From the NCBI GenBank assembly GCA_963767005.1, contig CAVYCN010000019.1:1-64000 (forward strand): a DNA stretch of 64,000 nt, in the 5' to 3' direction. Source of the DNA: an uncultured Actinomycetes bacterium (GTDB lineage Bacteria > Actinomycetota > Thermoleophilia > UBA2241). The notes under the pieces are model-generated. The model had not been told where the DNA came from and searched no databases. It was given only the letters and a program-made list of their open reading frames with translations. Of the stretch, positions 46,559 to 56,401 are shown one piece after another. The translations under genes were made by a program, and so were the position numbers. The first letter of the stretch is position 1. Each line of letters opens with the position of its first letter.

Positions 46559-47932
46559 TCAGCGCACGACCAGCCTGTTGCCGGCCGCCGCGGTCTGCCG
46601 GTTGCCGGCCTGGTCGGTCGCCGCCACGGTGAAGCGGTAGCGCCCCTTGGGCAGCCAGCAGGTGAACTCGTAGCGTTGCAGGCGGTCGACCGCGACCCCG
46701 GTCAGGACCGTCTTGTACACGAGCTTGCGGTGACGATCGACGATCCTGAGCGTCACGGTCGCGGTCGGGCTGCCGGGCCGGGCGTCGCGCACCAGATAGC
46801 GCAGCGCGCAGCGTGCGCCCCGCCGGGCCAGGCCGGCCCAGTTGGCGACCGGCGTCGGCCGGCGCGTGTCGATCAGGACCAGGCAGGCGCGCTTTCTTTC
46901 GACGTTGCCGACCTTGTCGGTGGAGCGGTAGAGGATGCGGTGGATGCCGTCGCCGGAGTGGTTCGCGGCAGCGGCCACGGTGAGCGCCGTGCCCACCGTC
47001 CAGGTGGCGCCGCCGTCGGTCGAGTACGTCGTCGAGGCGACGCCCTGACCACCCGAGTTGTCGCGCGCCACGAAACGCAGCTTCGCGGGGGCGCTGCGCC
47101 AGCGTCCGACGGCGCCGACCACGGTGGTGCGCGGCGGCGTGCAGTCGGTCGTGACGTAGAAGCTCGCGCCGTCGGCGCCCAGGTCGGACGTCTTGGCGAC
47201 CAGGGCGTCGCTGTACTCGCTCGTCATGTTGATGCGGTTCCAGTCGTAGGCCGAGATGGGCTGGCCGTCGAAGCTGCAGCCGCTGAAGTGCACGATGGCG
47301 AAGTCGCTCACCGGCAGCACGTCGCCCTCGTCGCTCGACGGCGCCTCGGCGATCGCCTCGGCCGACGCCAAGGCGGGCGGGATGCTCATGAGCTGGCCGG
47401 TGCTGAAGGTGTCGCCGGTCGTGGCGTCGGTGAGCGTCAACGTGAAGCTCGCCGGCTGCGCCCAGGTGACGGTGCCGGTCATCGCGTCGCCGGCGTGGAT
47501 CGCCATGTCGATCGCCACCGGGTAGAGCGGGTACATCTCGTACCAGGCGTCGTAGCCGCCCACGCCCTCGCTGTAGCCCTCGGTGCCGATCTGCTCGACC
47601 GTGTCGGAGTTGTCGCCGTCGAGGCCGACCCAGAAGGCCGCGTCTGAAAACATGGTCCCGGTGACGCGAACGCGCGGCTGGACCCAGGTGGCGGTGACCG
47701 TGCCGAAGGGACCGTCGGTCGAGTCGTCGTAGCCCGACCAGTTCACCGAGGTCGTGGTGGTGCCGGCGAAGGCGGCGGCGCCGGCGGCCGGGCGCGCCGT
47801 CTGCCCCGACCCGCTCGTGATCAGCGGCTCGGTGTGCGTCGGCGGCCGGGTCGCGGCCGAGGCCGCGGCGGGCACCGCGACCGCGGCGAGCATTGCTGCC
47901 GCGCACCCGAACACGAGGACCAGACGTCTCAT
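46559..47932 (-). CDS. G1 family glutamic peptidase (eqolisin-like) with C-terminal Ig-like domains
   Basis: Signal peptide; SVNWSGY, WVGLDG, EQIGT (catalytic Gln), AWYEMYP, SAEAIAEAP (catalytic Glu). Confidence 0.88.
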   Translation of the reverse strand: MRRLVLVFGCAAAMLAAVAVPAAASAATRPPTHTEPLITSGSGQTARPAAGAAAFAGTTTTSVNWSGYDDSTDGPFGTVTATWVQPRVRVTGTMFSDAAFWVGLDGDNSDTVEQIGTEGYSEGVGGYDAWYEMYPLYPVAIDMAIHAGDAMTGTVTWAQPASFTLTLTDATTGDTFSTGQLMSIPPALASAEAIAEAPSSDEGDVLPVSDFAIVHFSGCSFDGQPISAYDWNRINMTSEYSDALVAKTSDLGADGASFYVTTDCTPPRTTVVGAVGRWRSAPAKLRFVARDNSGGQGVASTTYSTDGGATWTVGTALTVAAAANHSGDGIHRILYRSTDKVGNVERKRACLVLIDTRRPTPVANWAGLARRGARCALRYLVRDARPGSPTATVTLRIVDRHRKLVYKTVLTGVAVDRLQRYEFTCWLPKGRYRFTVAATDQAGNRQTAAAGNRLVVR

Positions 47933-48058
47933 GGCATGCCCCCCAGGGACCCCGCCCCGCAAGGCGGCGAGTCGATGTTCACCGGCCAGTCTAGCACTAC
48001 GGACCTATGAAGATAGTGGGATCTTCACTGTTGCGAGCTCACAGCGGTTGTGAGGCCC

Positions 48059-49567
48059 TCAGAGCAGCCGCGAGAAGAGCCGCGCGCACGAGTTGAGCCA
48101 GCGCGCGCGCCGGCCCAGGGCCCACCAGTCGTCGAGCGTGAACTCGCGGCAGTGGGTGAGGTCGTCCTCGAAGATGGCCGCGTGGCGGGCCGCCAGGCCT
48201 TCGTCGAAGATCGCGCACGACAGCTCGTCGTGCAGGATGGTGCTGCGGACATCGAAGTTGCAGGTGCCGATCATGCACCAGCGCCGGTCGATCGTGACGG
48301 TCTTGGCGTGCAGGAAACCGTCCGTGTACTGGTAGACCTTCACGCCGGCGTCGAGGAGCTGCTTGTAGTAGGCGATGGCGGCATGGAACGGCAGCTTCTT
48401 GTCGGGCACCCCGGCCATCATGAGACGCACGTCGACCCCGGTGAGCGCCGCGGTGCAGATCGCCGTGATCAGGGGCTCGTCGGGTACGAAGTAGGGAGAC
48501 TGGATCCACACGCTCTCGCGCGCGCCGAGCAGCACCACGATGTAGGCGTCGCGGATCGACTTGAACGGCGTGGCCACGCTCGAGTAGAGGACCTCGACCG
48601 GCGGGTCGGTGTCGCCCGCGGCCAGGCGGGCCCGCTCGTGGTGCTCCACCAGCGGGTCGCCGCGCCCGCCGTTGAAGCGCCAGACCAGGGCGAACAGCAC
48701 CTCGAACACGGCGACGACGGGGCCGGTGAGGCGCAGCGACGTGTCGCGCCATGTCGCGAAGCGCGGCCCGCCGTCGATGTACTCCTGCCCCATGTTCATG
48801 CCGCCGGTGTAGGCCACCCCACCGTCGACCACCGCGATCTTCATGTGGTTGCGGTAGTTCAGGTGCGCGAGCCGCTTGTAGCAGGGCTTGACCTCGGCGC
48901 CAGCCGCGGCCAGGCGCCGGAGCTCGCTCTTGCGGTAGCGAAACGACGAGAGCCAGTCGTAGAGGATGCGGACTCTGACGCCGTGGGCGAGCCGGTCGAG
49001 CAGGATCTCGGTGACCTTGGCGGTGAGCTCGTCGCGCTCCCAGATCAGGTACATGAGATGCACGTAGTGCTGCGCCCCGGCGAGCTCGTCGAGCAGGCGG
49101 GCGAACTTGTCGGCGCCGCGCCGGTAGACCTCGAGCGAGTCGGCCGGCAGCACTGGGAAGCCGGTGACGTGACGGCTCATGACGAGGAGCTTGCCGGCGG
49201 GCGTGCCGGCGAGCCGCTCCTCGAGATCGGCGGCGAAGGCCGCGTGCTCCTCGTAGACCGAGCGCAGCGCGCCCACCGCGAGCTCACGCACCTCGGACCG
49301 CAGCCGGTCGCGCTCGGGCGTGGCGCGCCGCAGATTGCGGCCGATGAAGAAGTACAGCACGATGCCGAGGACGGGCACGAGCGCGATCACGAGCAGCCAG
49401 GCGATGACCGTGGTCGGGTCGCGGTCGTCGGTGACGAGGGCTACGACGACGCCGGCCACGGCGACGAGGAGCGCGCAGACGAGCACGAGCGCGACGACCT
49501 GGGTGAGCGACACGGCGACGTGCGCCGGCAGGACGGCGAGCGGACTGGGCACGGCGATCACGCGCAC
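48059..49567 (-). CDS. cls: Cardiolipin synthase (phospholipase D family)
   Basis: Two N-terminal TM segments with AWLLVI..P; two HKD motifs, NHMKIAVVDG and LHAKTVTID; SPYFVPD. Confidence 0.9.
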   Translation of the reverse strand: MRVIAVPSPLAVLPAHVAVSLTQVVALVLVCALLVAVAGVVVALVTDDRDPTTVIAWLLVIALVPVLGIVLYFFIGRNLRRATPERDRLRSEVRELAVGALRSVYEEHAAFAADLEERLAGTPAGKLLVMSRHVTGFPVLPADSLEVYRRGADKFARLLDELAGAQHYVHLMYLIWERDELTAKVTEILLDRLAHGVRVRILYDWLSSFRYRKSELRRLAAAGAEVKPCYKRLAHLNYRNHMKIAVVDGGVAYTGGMNMGQEYIDGGPRFATWRDTSLRLTGPVVAVFEVLFALVWRFNGGRGDPLVEHHERARLAAGDTDPPVEVLYSSVATPFKSIRDAYIVVLLGARESVWIQSPYFVPDEPLITAICTAALTGVDVRLMMAGVPDKKLPFHAAIAYYKQLLDAGVKVYQYTDGFLHAKTVTIDRRWCMIGTCNFDVRSTILHDELSCAIFDEGLAARHAAIFEDDLTHCREFTLDDWWALGRRARWLNSCARLFSRLL

Positions 49568-49690
49568 ACTATAGCAGCGCCCCTACGCCGCGCCGCGGGG
49601 CACCGGAAAGACCGCACAGCGTGGCTCGCGGCCGGAGTGCGGTGTCCGCGTCGGCGCCGCACCGGCGTGTCGACAACGCGGCCGGCGCCG

Positions 49691-50749
49691 TCAGACGCCG
49701 AACGCCTCGGTGCCCCACGGCGAGGCGGCGACCGCCGTGGCGACGGCGAGCGCGTCGTCGCCGCGCTGCAGGGCGGCGAGGATGGGGCCGTACAGGCCGT
49801 CGCGCAGCGTCGCGACGGTCGCGACGAAGCCCTCGGCCCAGCTCGTGTACGCCTTGACGCCGACACCGTTCATGGCGGTGGCGCCGGGCTCGGGCATGGT
49901 CGTGTCGAGCGGGTTGTAGCGCGCGGCGTTGAACCAGTGGCCGCCCTCGGCGAACTCCCATGCGGTGATCGCGGTCAGATTCTGCGAGCTGAGCGGCGCG
50001 CCCAGGTAGCCGAGCAGGGCCCGGGCCCAGCTTTCGGGCGTGTAGGCGCCGGCGACGCCCGGCAGCGTGGTCGCGCCGCGGGCCCGGGCGGCGGCCGCCG
50101 CGGCGGCCGCCGCCCGGGCCCGCTCCTTCGCCTGCGCGACGAGCGACTGCACCCGGCTCTGGGCCGCGGCCAGCAGCGCTTCGCCGCGATGCACCTCGGT
50201 CACGAGCTCGGTACGCTCGCCGGCGACCTGGGCCACGAGGGCGGCCGCACGCCGGCGCTGCGCGGCGAGGCGCACGCCCTGGCGCTCCACGCGGGCCTTG
50301 GACGCCCTTACCTGGGTGACCGCGTCTTGCGCCTGCTCGTAGATATCGCTCCAGAGGCGTACCCGGCTCACGAGGTCGTCGAAGCTGCCCGCCGTGAGCG
50401 CCGCGTCGAGGAAGCCGCTCGCCGGCGACTTGTAGAGGGCGACGAGACGCATGGCCAGCGTGCCCCGCGCGACCGCGAGGTCGTAGCGCGCGACGGCGAG
50501 GTCGTGACGGTTGCCGACGACGCTCGCGTCGACGGCCGCGAGGCGCTGGGTCGTCGCATCGTAGCGGGCGGCCGCCGCGGCGAGCTCGCCGTTCAGCGTG
50601 GCGACGTCGCCGCCCAGGCTGGCCGCCCTGGCCCTGGCCTGACCGACCGAGGGCGCGGCGGCGGCCGCGCGGGGCATGGCCAGACAACCCGTGAGGGCGA
50701 TGACGGCGACGAGGAAGACGATGGACATGCGGGGGCGTGGACCGGACAC
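49691..50749 (-). CDS. Secreted PcsB/RipA-like coiled-coil protein with a C-terminal lysozyme-like domain
   Basis: Signal peptide, long coiled coil with ALYK..ALTAGSFDDLVSR; C-terminal AWEFAEGG, NPLDTT, GVKAYTSW. Confidence 0.65.
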   Translation of the reverse strand: MSGPRPRMSIVFLVAVIALTGCLAMPRAAAAAPSVGQARARAASLGGDVATLNGELAAAAARYDATTQRLAAVDASVVGNRHDLAVARYDLAVARGTLAMRLVALYKSPASGFLDAALTAGSFDDLVSRVRLWSDIYEQAQDAVTQVRASKARVERQGVRLAAQRRRAAALVAQVAGERTELVTEVHRGEALLAAAQSRVQSLVAQAKERARAAAAAAAAARARGATTLPGVAGAYTPESWARALLGYLGAPLSSQNLTAITAWEFAEGGHWFNAARYNPLDTTMPEPGATAMNGVGVKAYTSWAEGFVATVATLRDGLYGPILAALQRGDDALAVATAVAASPWGTEAFGV

Positions 50750-50819
50750 GCGGCGACCTCCTGACCTGCGACCGCGTGCGGTCTCGCCGGACTCTAGCAG
50801 CACACGGAGCCGGGTGCCA

Positions 50820-50848
50820 CCAGGTGCGTGGCTTCGCTACGCGCCTAG
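50820..50848. repeat. Partial (single-hairpin) copy of the REP-like element
   Basis: CCAGGTGCGTGGC-TTC-GCTACGCGCCTAG. Confidence 0.65.
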
Positions 50849-51825
50849 TCGAGGCACTCGCGCAGGCGCTGCGTATCGCCGCAACTGCGCAGCTTGGCGA
50901 GCGTCTTCGCCTCGATCTGGCGGATGCGCTCGCGCGTGAGGCCGAAGCGCTGGCCGACCTCGTCGAGGGTGCGCGGCCGGTCGTCGCGCAGGCCGTAGCG
51001 CAGCTCGATCACGCTGCGCTCGCGGTGCGTGAGGCCGGCGAGGACCTCTTTGAGCTGCTCGCGGCGCAGCACCTCGCCGACGGCCTCGACAGGCGCCACC
51101 GCGGTGGCGTCCTCGATGAGCTCACCGATCTCGGAGTCGCCGTTGGCGCCGGCCGGCGTCTCGAGGCTGACCGGCTGCTGGCTGATCGTGAGCATCTCGT
51201 GCACGCGCTCGACCTCGACGCCGAGCTCGGCCGCCACCTCGTCGGCGGTCGGCTCGCGCCCGAGCTCGCGGGTGAGCTCGCGCTGCACGCGCAGCAGGCC
51301 GCCCATCTTCTCGGTCATGTGCACCGGGATGCGGATCGTGCGCGCCTGATCGGCGATGCCGCGGGTGATCGCCTGACGGATCCACCAGGTGGCGTAGGTC
51401 GAGAACTTGTAGCCGCGCCGGTAGTCGAACTTCTCGACGGCGCGCACGAGGCCGAGATTGCCCTCCTGGATGAGATCGAGCAGCGGGATGCCGCGACCCA
51501 CGTAGCGCTTGGCGATCGACACGACGAGGCGCAGGTTGGCTTCGGTCAGCTTGCGCTTGGCTTCCATGTCGCCGCGCTCGATGCGCTTGGCCAGGCAGAC
51601 CTCTTCGTCGGCCGTGAGCAGCCGCACCCTGCCGATCTCGCGCAGGTACTCGCGCACGGCGTCGACGGCGGTCGGGGGCGCCGCACGTACCACGGGGGCA
51701 TCGGCCGCCGGGGCGCTGCGCAGACGGCCGTTCGAACCGAGGGCCGCCATCTCGTGCCAGCCGTCGTCGTTCGTCCGGTTCTCAGTCTCGGCGCCCTCAC
51801 CGGTATGCCACCTGTGCATGCGCAT
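50845..51825 (-). CDS. Sigma-70 family factor, RpoD-like but lacking region 1.1 (group 2 type)
   Basis: [59 protein letters not shown]. Confidence 0.92.
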   Translation of the reverse strand: MRMHRWHTGEGAETENRTNDDGWHEMAALGSNGRLRSAPAADAPVVRAAPPTAVDAVREYLREIGRVRLLTADEEVCLAKRIERGDMEAKRKLTEANLRLVVSIAKRYVGRGIPLLDLIQEGNLGLVRAVEKFDYRRGYKFSTYATWWIRQAITRGIADQARTIRIPVHMTEKMGGLLRVQRELTRELGREPTADEVAAELGVEVERVHEMLTISQQPVSLETPAGANGDSEIGELIEDATAVAPVEAVGEVLRREQLKEVLAGLTHRERSVIELRYGLRDDRPRTLDEVGQRFGLTRERIRQIEAKTLAKLRSCGDTQRLRECLD

Positions 51826-52095
51826 CGCTCCTTGCCCGCGGCCGTGCCGCTTCGTCGTCTTCGCACGACCCACGATACCAGTGGTCGGCAGCTACTCCTT
51901 CTGCTCTTAACAACCCTTAACGGGCGGCCGGCATCACCCTTAACGAAGACGCCTCGTCATCCCCTCGCGATCGATCGTTGCGACAAATCCGTCGTCCGCC
52001 CGGACGACGAACTGCAGGCGCTCTGGGTGAGCGGCCGCCGCGTCAGCCGGGCGACCGACGGCGGGCGCCGGCCACCGCGAGCCCGGCGCCCCGGG

Positions 52096-53598
52096 TCAGG
52101 GGACCGACACGCAGGTGGTCGCCAGGCTCAGCATCTGCCGGTTGCTGAGCTCTTCGTCGAGCGTGTTGGCGATCCAGTAGGCGACGCCACCGCGCTGCCA
52201 GGCGACCATGGTGAGATGGGCGCCGTCGTAGTAAAGCGAGTAGGTGCGTCCGCCGATGGTGCGGGTCGCATCGGGGTTCGCCAGGATCGGCGCACCCGGC
52301 CAGGCGATGGCCTGCACGTCCCAAAAGCCGCCCTGCGGCGTCGTGCCGACCACGACGGCGGCGCGCGCGCTGCCCGCGCCGGTCGGCACACCGTAGGCGC
52401 GGAAGTCGTCGTATCCGAGGCCCGCCGGCAGGCCGGCCGGCATGAAGAGCGTCAGACCGGCGTGACGCTGCAAGGTGCGCCACTGCGGCAGATGGACGGT
52501 GTCCGTGATCCTCACCGGGCGACGTGCGCCCGATCGGGCTGTACCGCCCGCCGCGCCGGACCCTGCGCCCGCGCCATCGCCGTGCGAGCTCGTGGTCGTC
52601 CCCCCGCGCGGCGCCGGCGTCGGGTGCAGGAACTGCCGCACGGCGGCGTGCACCTGCTGCGACGTCGCGACGACGTACGAGACGCCGTTGATGGTCGGCG
52701 TCGAGCCGTCGATGTGCGTCTGGTAGATGTGGTGAGTGTTCAGGCTCAGGGCCAGGGACACGATGCCGTAGAGCTTGCCGAGGCTCGAGATGTCCGAGGT
52801 CACGTTGTGCGACAGGATGCTCATCACCGACAAGAAGCGCGGCAGGCTCGTGAGCGTGGCCGAGCCGGCGAGCTCGCGCTTCATCTCGCGCAGGAACATC
52901 TGCTGGCGCACGATGCGCGTGAAGTCGCCGTTCTGATCGTGACGGAAGCGCACCCAGCCGAGCGCCTGCGCGCCGTTCAACCGCTGGTATCCGGGCTGGA
53001 TGTCGATCGACGCGTAGTTGGTGACCGCCGTGTTGTTGTAGTAGCGCCGGTCGATCATGAGGTAGGCCCCGCCGAGCTTGTTGACGACCTGCTTGAAGCC
53101 GTCGAAGTCGATGTCGACGAAGTCGTTGATCGGCACGCCGAGCAGGTGACGCACGACCTCGAGCGCCAGGCGGGCGCCGCCGAGCGAGTAGGCCGCATTG
53201 ATCTTGTTCTGGCCGTAGCCGGGGATCGTGACGAGCAGGTCGCGCGGCACCGAGAGCATCGAGACGCTGCCGGTCCGGGGGTCGAGCCGCACGAGGAGCA
53301 GCGTGTCGGAGCGCGCGCCGAGGTCGGGCTGGCCGGCGCGCCGGTCGCTGCCGATGATCAGGATGTCCACCGGCTTGCCCGACCGTGGCGCGGTGAGCTG
53401 CGAGGCCGCCGCCTTCACCTCGCCCGGGTCGTTGCGGGCGACCTGTCCCGCTGTGCGCTGCAGAAAGCCGGTGAGCGCGCCCGCCGTGGCCGCGACGAAG
53501 CAGACCACGGCCACGACGGCGATCCCCAGGACGCGCGTCCAAAGAACGGGGGACGCTCGGCGTCCCCCACGTGCGGTATATCGCTTGTAGGTCGCCAC
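52096..53598 (-). CDS. LCP (LytR-CpsA-Psr) family protein
   Basis: LIIGSDRR, RSDTLLL, LSVPRD, KINAAY, VRFRH..GDFTRIVRQQ. Confidence 0.93.
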   Translation of the reverse strand: MATYKRYTARGGRRASPVLWTRVLGIAVVAVVCFVAATAGALTGFLQRTAGQVARNDPGEVKAAASQLTAPRSGKPVDILIIGSDRRAGQPDLGARSDTLLLVRLDPRTGSVSMLSVPRDLLVTIPGYGQNKINAAYSLGGARLALEVVRHLLGVPINDFVDIDFDGFKQVVNKLGGAYLMIDRRYYNNTAVTNYASIDIQPGYQRLNGAQALGWVRFRHDQNGDFTRIVRQQMFLREMKRELAGSATLTSLPRFLSVMSILSHNVTSDISSLGKLYGIVSLALSLNTHHIYQTHIDGSTPTINGVSYVVATSQQVHAAVRQFLHPTPAPRGGTTTSSHGDGAGAGSGAAGGTARSGARRPVRITDTVHLPQWRTLQRHAGLTLFMPAGLPAGLGYDDFRAYGVPTGAGSARAAVVVGTTPQGGFWDVQAIAWPGAPILANPDATRTIGGRTYSLYYDGAHLTMVAWQRGGVAYWIANTLDEELSNRQMLSLATTCVSVP

Positions 53599-53747
53599 TG
53601 TCGCGAGTTCCTTCGCCGTCGGGCGACCCCCGAGCCCTTGCAGACGGTTCTACCCCTCACGCCTGGCCGACAGTCTGTTCGAGCCGCGGAGGAGCGCGCC
53701 GGACGTCGGCCGGCGCGAGTGCGACGCGGCCCGCGGCGTCAGACCGG

Positions 53748-55349
53748 TCAGGGCGCGGTCGGCAGGGAGTGCTCGGGGACCTGCCGGCCGCGGGCCGCGT
53801 AGTCGACGATCATCGCGTCGGTGATCCACTCGATCGGCGCGCGGTCGTCGGTCCAGGGCCTGGTCGCCGGGGCGACGCCGCGCATCTGCGCCGCCAGCAG
53901 CCGGGTGAGCGGGCGCACCGCCGCCGGCACGCCGGCGGCAGCGAGGCGCCGGCGCAGCTCGGCGAGCGGCGCCGGCGCCGACAGACCCACCACGAGGTCG
54001 TTGAAGCGCAGCGCCGGCCACACCACGACCTCGGGGAACTCGGTCGCCAGAGTGCCGGCGATACCGTCGACGAGGCGCGGGTCACCGGGCACCGTCGAGA
54101 CGTTCAGAGCGACGATCCCGCCCGGAGCGAGGCGCTCGCGACAGAGCGCGAAGAACTGCTGCGTGGCGAGGTAGAACGGCACGTAGGGCTGGCGGTAGGC
54201 GTCGACCATGATCAGGTCGTACCGCTTGCGTGTCGCCCGCAGGTACGGCCGCGCGTCGGCCGTGTAGACCGTCAGGCGCGGCAAGTCGGCCATGCCGAAG
54301 TAGCGCCGCGCGACGGCCGTGACCTGCGGGTCGATCTCGACGCCGTCGTAGGCCACCGCCGGATAGAGCGTGCCGAAGGCACGCGCCGTGGTGCCGGCGG
54401 CGTTGCCCAGCATGACAACGCGACGCGCCGGATGGCCGAGCAGGGCCGGCAGCGCCAGGAACATGTCCCACTCGCCGCCGGTGAACACGCTGCCGGGACG
54501 CCATTCCGAGTGCACCGCGTAGCCCTCGTTCAGGTAGAGATAGCGCACCGCATGCGCTCCTCGTCCCTGCTGCACGACCTCGATGAACTGGTAGCGCGAC
54601 TCGCCCTCGTAGATCACGCCCGGCTCGGGCTTGACGAGGCCGGCCGGCAGGGCCAGCAGCAGGGCGACGGCGAGACCGGCCACGAGCCAGCGCCGGCCGA
54701 GCAGCAGGGCGGCCGCGAGGGCCACGACGGTGGCGGCGCCGAGCAGCGTGCGCTGCGTGCCGATCAGCGGGATCGTGAGCAGGGCCGGCACGAAGGTGCC
54801 GAGCAGGCTGCCGGCGGTCGAGAGGGCGAAGACGCGGCCGGCGACCACGCCGGCCGCGGCGACGTCGGTCACGGCCAGGCGCACGGCGAACGGCGTGACC
54901 ATGCCGAGCAGCACGACCGGCGGCGCAAAGAGCAGCAGCGACGCGAAGAACGAACCGACCACCGCGCCCACCGACAGGCTCGCGAGGCCGCCGATCGAGA
55001 GGTCGAGAAAGGGCCGCGCGACGAACGGCAGGGCGGCGACCAGGGTCGCGGCGGCCAGCACCACGAAGCCCAGCAGGCGCGGGCTCGGCCGGCGGTCGGC
55101 CAGGCGCCCGCCGAGCCAGTAGCCCAGGGCGAGCGCGGCGAGGATCAGACCGATGATGTTCGCCCAGACCACGGTCGAGGAGCCGTAGAAGGGCGCCAGC
55201 AGGCGCGAGGCGCAGATCTCGGTGGCCATCGAACCGGTGCCGGCCAGAAAGACCAGGGCCAGGACGGCGCGCGGGCGCGCCGGGGCCGGTGTGGCGAGCG
55301 GCGCGACGGGAGCGGGAGGCGGCGCCGCGGCGAGCTCCGCCGTCGCCAT
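53748..55349 (-). CDS. Fused membrane (MFS-like)/spermidine synthase-like protein
   Basis: Hydrophobic N-terminal half (EICASRLLAPFYGSS, STAGSLLG); GNAAGT, VEIDPQV, DAR, DLIMVDAY, TDDRAP. Confidence 0.88.
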   Translation of the reverse strand: MATAELAAAPPPAPVAPLATPAPARPRAVLALVFLAGTGSMATEICASRLLAPFYGSSTVVWANIIGLILAALALGYWLGGRLADRRPSPRLLGFVVLAAATLVAALPFVARPFLDLSIGGLASLSVGAVVGSFFASLLLFAPPVVLLGMVTPFAVRLAVTDVAAAGVVAGRVFALSTAGSLLGTFVPALLTIPLIGTQRTLLGAATVVALAAALLLGRRWLVAGLAVALLLALPAGLVKPEPGVIYEGESRYQFIEVVQQGRGAHAVRYLYLNEGYAVHSEWRPGSVFTGGEWDMFLALPALLGHPARRVVMLGNAAGTTARAFGTLYPAVAYDGVEIDPQVTAVARRYFGMADLPRLTVYTADARPYLRATRKRYDLIMVDAYRQPYVPFYLATQQFFALCRERLAPGGIVALNVSTVPGDPRLVDGIAGTLATEFPEVVVWPALRFNDLVVGLSAPAPLAELRRRLAAAGVPAAVRPLTRLLAAQMRGVAPATRPWTDDRAPIEWITDAMIVDYAARGRQVPEHSLPTAP

Positions 55350-56275
55350 CAGGCCGCCTTGCGGCGGCCGCCCTTGCCGCGCTTCGAGCGCGCCTTGCCG
55401 CCGGCCGACCCGCCGGACTCGCCCCCCGCCGCGGTGGCGCCGCCCACGCCCTCGCCGCCGGTCGTGCCGCCGTCGTCGCCGCTCGCCCGGCGCACCTCGT
55501 CGACGCTGCGCTTGAGCAGCGCCATGATGTCGATCACCTGGCCGCCGCCCTCGGGCTCGCCGGCGGCCACCGCCTCGACGTGCCCGGTACGCTCCTTCTC
55601 GGCGATGACCCGCATGAGGTCCTCGCGGTACTCGTCGCGGTAGGCGTCGGGGTCCCAGTGCGTCGTCATCGCCTCGATCAGCTGCTGCGCCATGACGGCC
55701 TCGGGCCCGGTCACGCCGAGCGACTCGAGATCGCCCTCGGGTACGTCGAGCTCACTCGGGTCGCGCAGCTCGGAGGCGTAGCGCAGCGTCTCGAGAACGA
55801 GCACGTCGCCGCGCGCGACGATCGCGCAGAGGTAGCCCTTTGTGCGGATCACAACGCGGGCGATCGCCACCCGCCCGGTGTCGCGCAGCACGGCGCGCAG
55901 CAGCGCGTAGCCCTTCTTGCCCGAGCCCGTGGGCGCCAGGTAGTAGGGCCGCTCGAAGTAGGTCACGTCGATCTCGTCGGCCGCTACGAAGCCGAGGATG
56001 TCGACGGTCTGCGTCGCCTTCGGGTTGGCCGCCTTGATCTCGTCGTCGGTGATGACGACGTACTGCCCGCCGCCGGTGTCGTAGCCCCGCACGATCTCCT
56101 CGTAGGGGACCTCGCTGCCGGTCTTCTCGTCGACGCGCTTCTCGCGCACGCGGCTCATGGTGCGCCGGTCGAGCTGGTTGAAGCGCAGCTCGTCGCGCCG
56201 CTCGGCCGAGTACAGCCCGACCGGCACGTTGACGAGTCCGAAGCTGATGGCGCCTTTCCAGATCGATCTGGCCAT
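55349..56275 (-). CDS. ku: Non-homologous end-joining protein Ku
   Basis: RSIWKGAISFGLVNVPVGLY, YFERPYYLAP, YRDEYRE, VIDIMALLKRS, basic tail. Confidence 0.95.
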   Translation of the reverse strand: MARSIWKGAISFGLVNVPVGLYSAERRDELRFNQLDRRTMSRVREKRVDEKTGSEVPYEEIVRGYDTGGGQYVVITDDEIKAANPKATQTVDILGFVAADEIDVTYFERPYYLAPTGSGKKGYALLRAVLRDTGRVAIARVVIRTKGYLCAIVARGDVLVLETLRYASELRDPSELDVPEGDLESLGVTGPEAVMAQQLIEAMTTHWDPDAYRDEYREDLMRVIAEKERTGHVEAVAAGEPEGGGQVIDIMALLKRSVDEVRRASGDDGGTTGGEGVGGATAAGGESGGSAGGKARSKRGKGGRRKAA

Positions 56276-56401
56276 GTCTCACCTCGTGGTCATGCCGCCG
56301 CCACGCGGCCGTGCCCGCGAGTGGCGAGATACCCCGAGCGGCCGCGTCCGACGACTGTTGGAGGGGCGCGGCCCCGGTCGGCGCAGGCATGAACGACGAC
56401 G

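Noticed and set aside
50845-51825. Calling this gene the primary rpoD/sigA
   Set aside because: It lacks the acidic region 1.1 and has no dnaG linkage, so the symbol was withheld.
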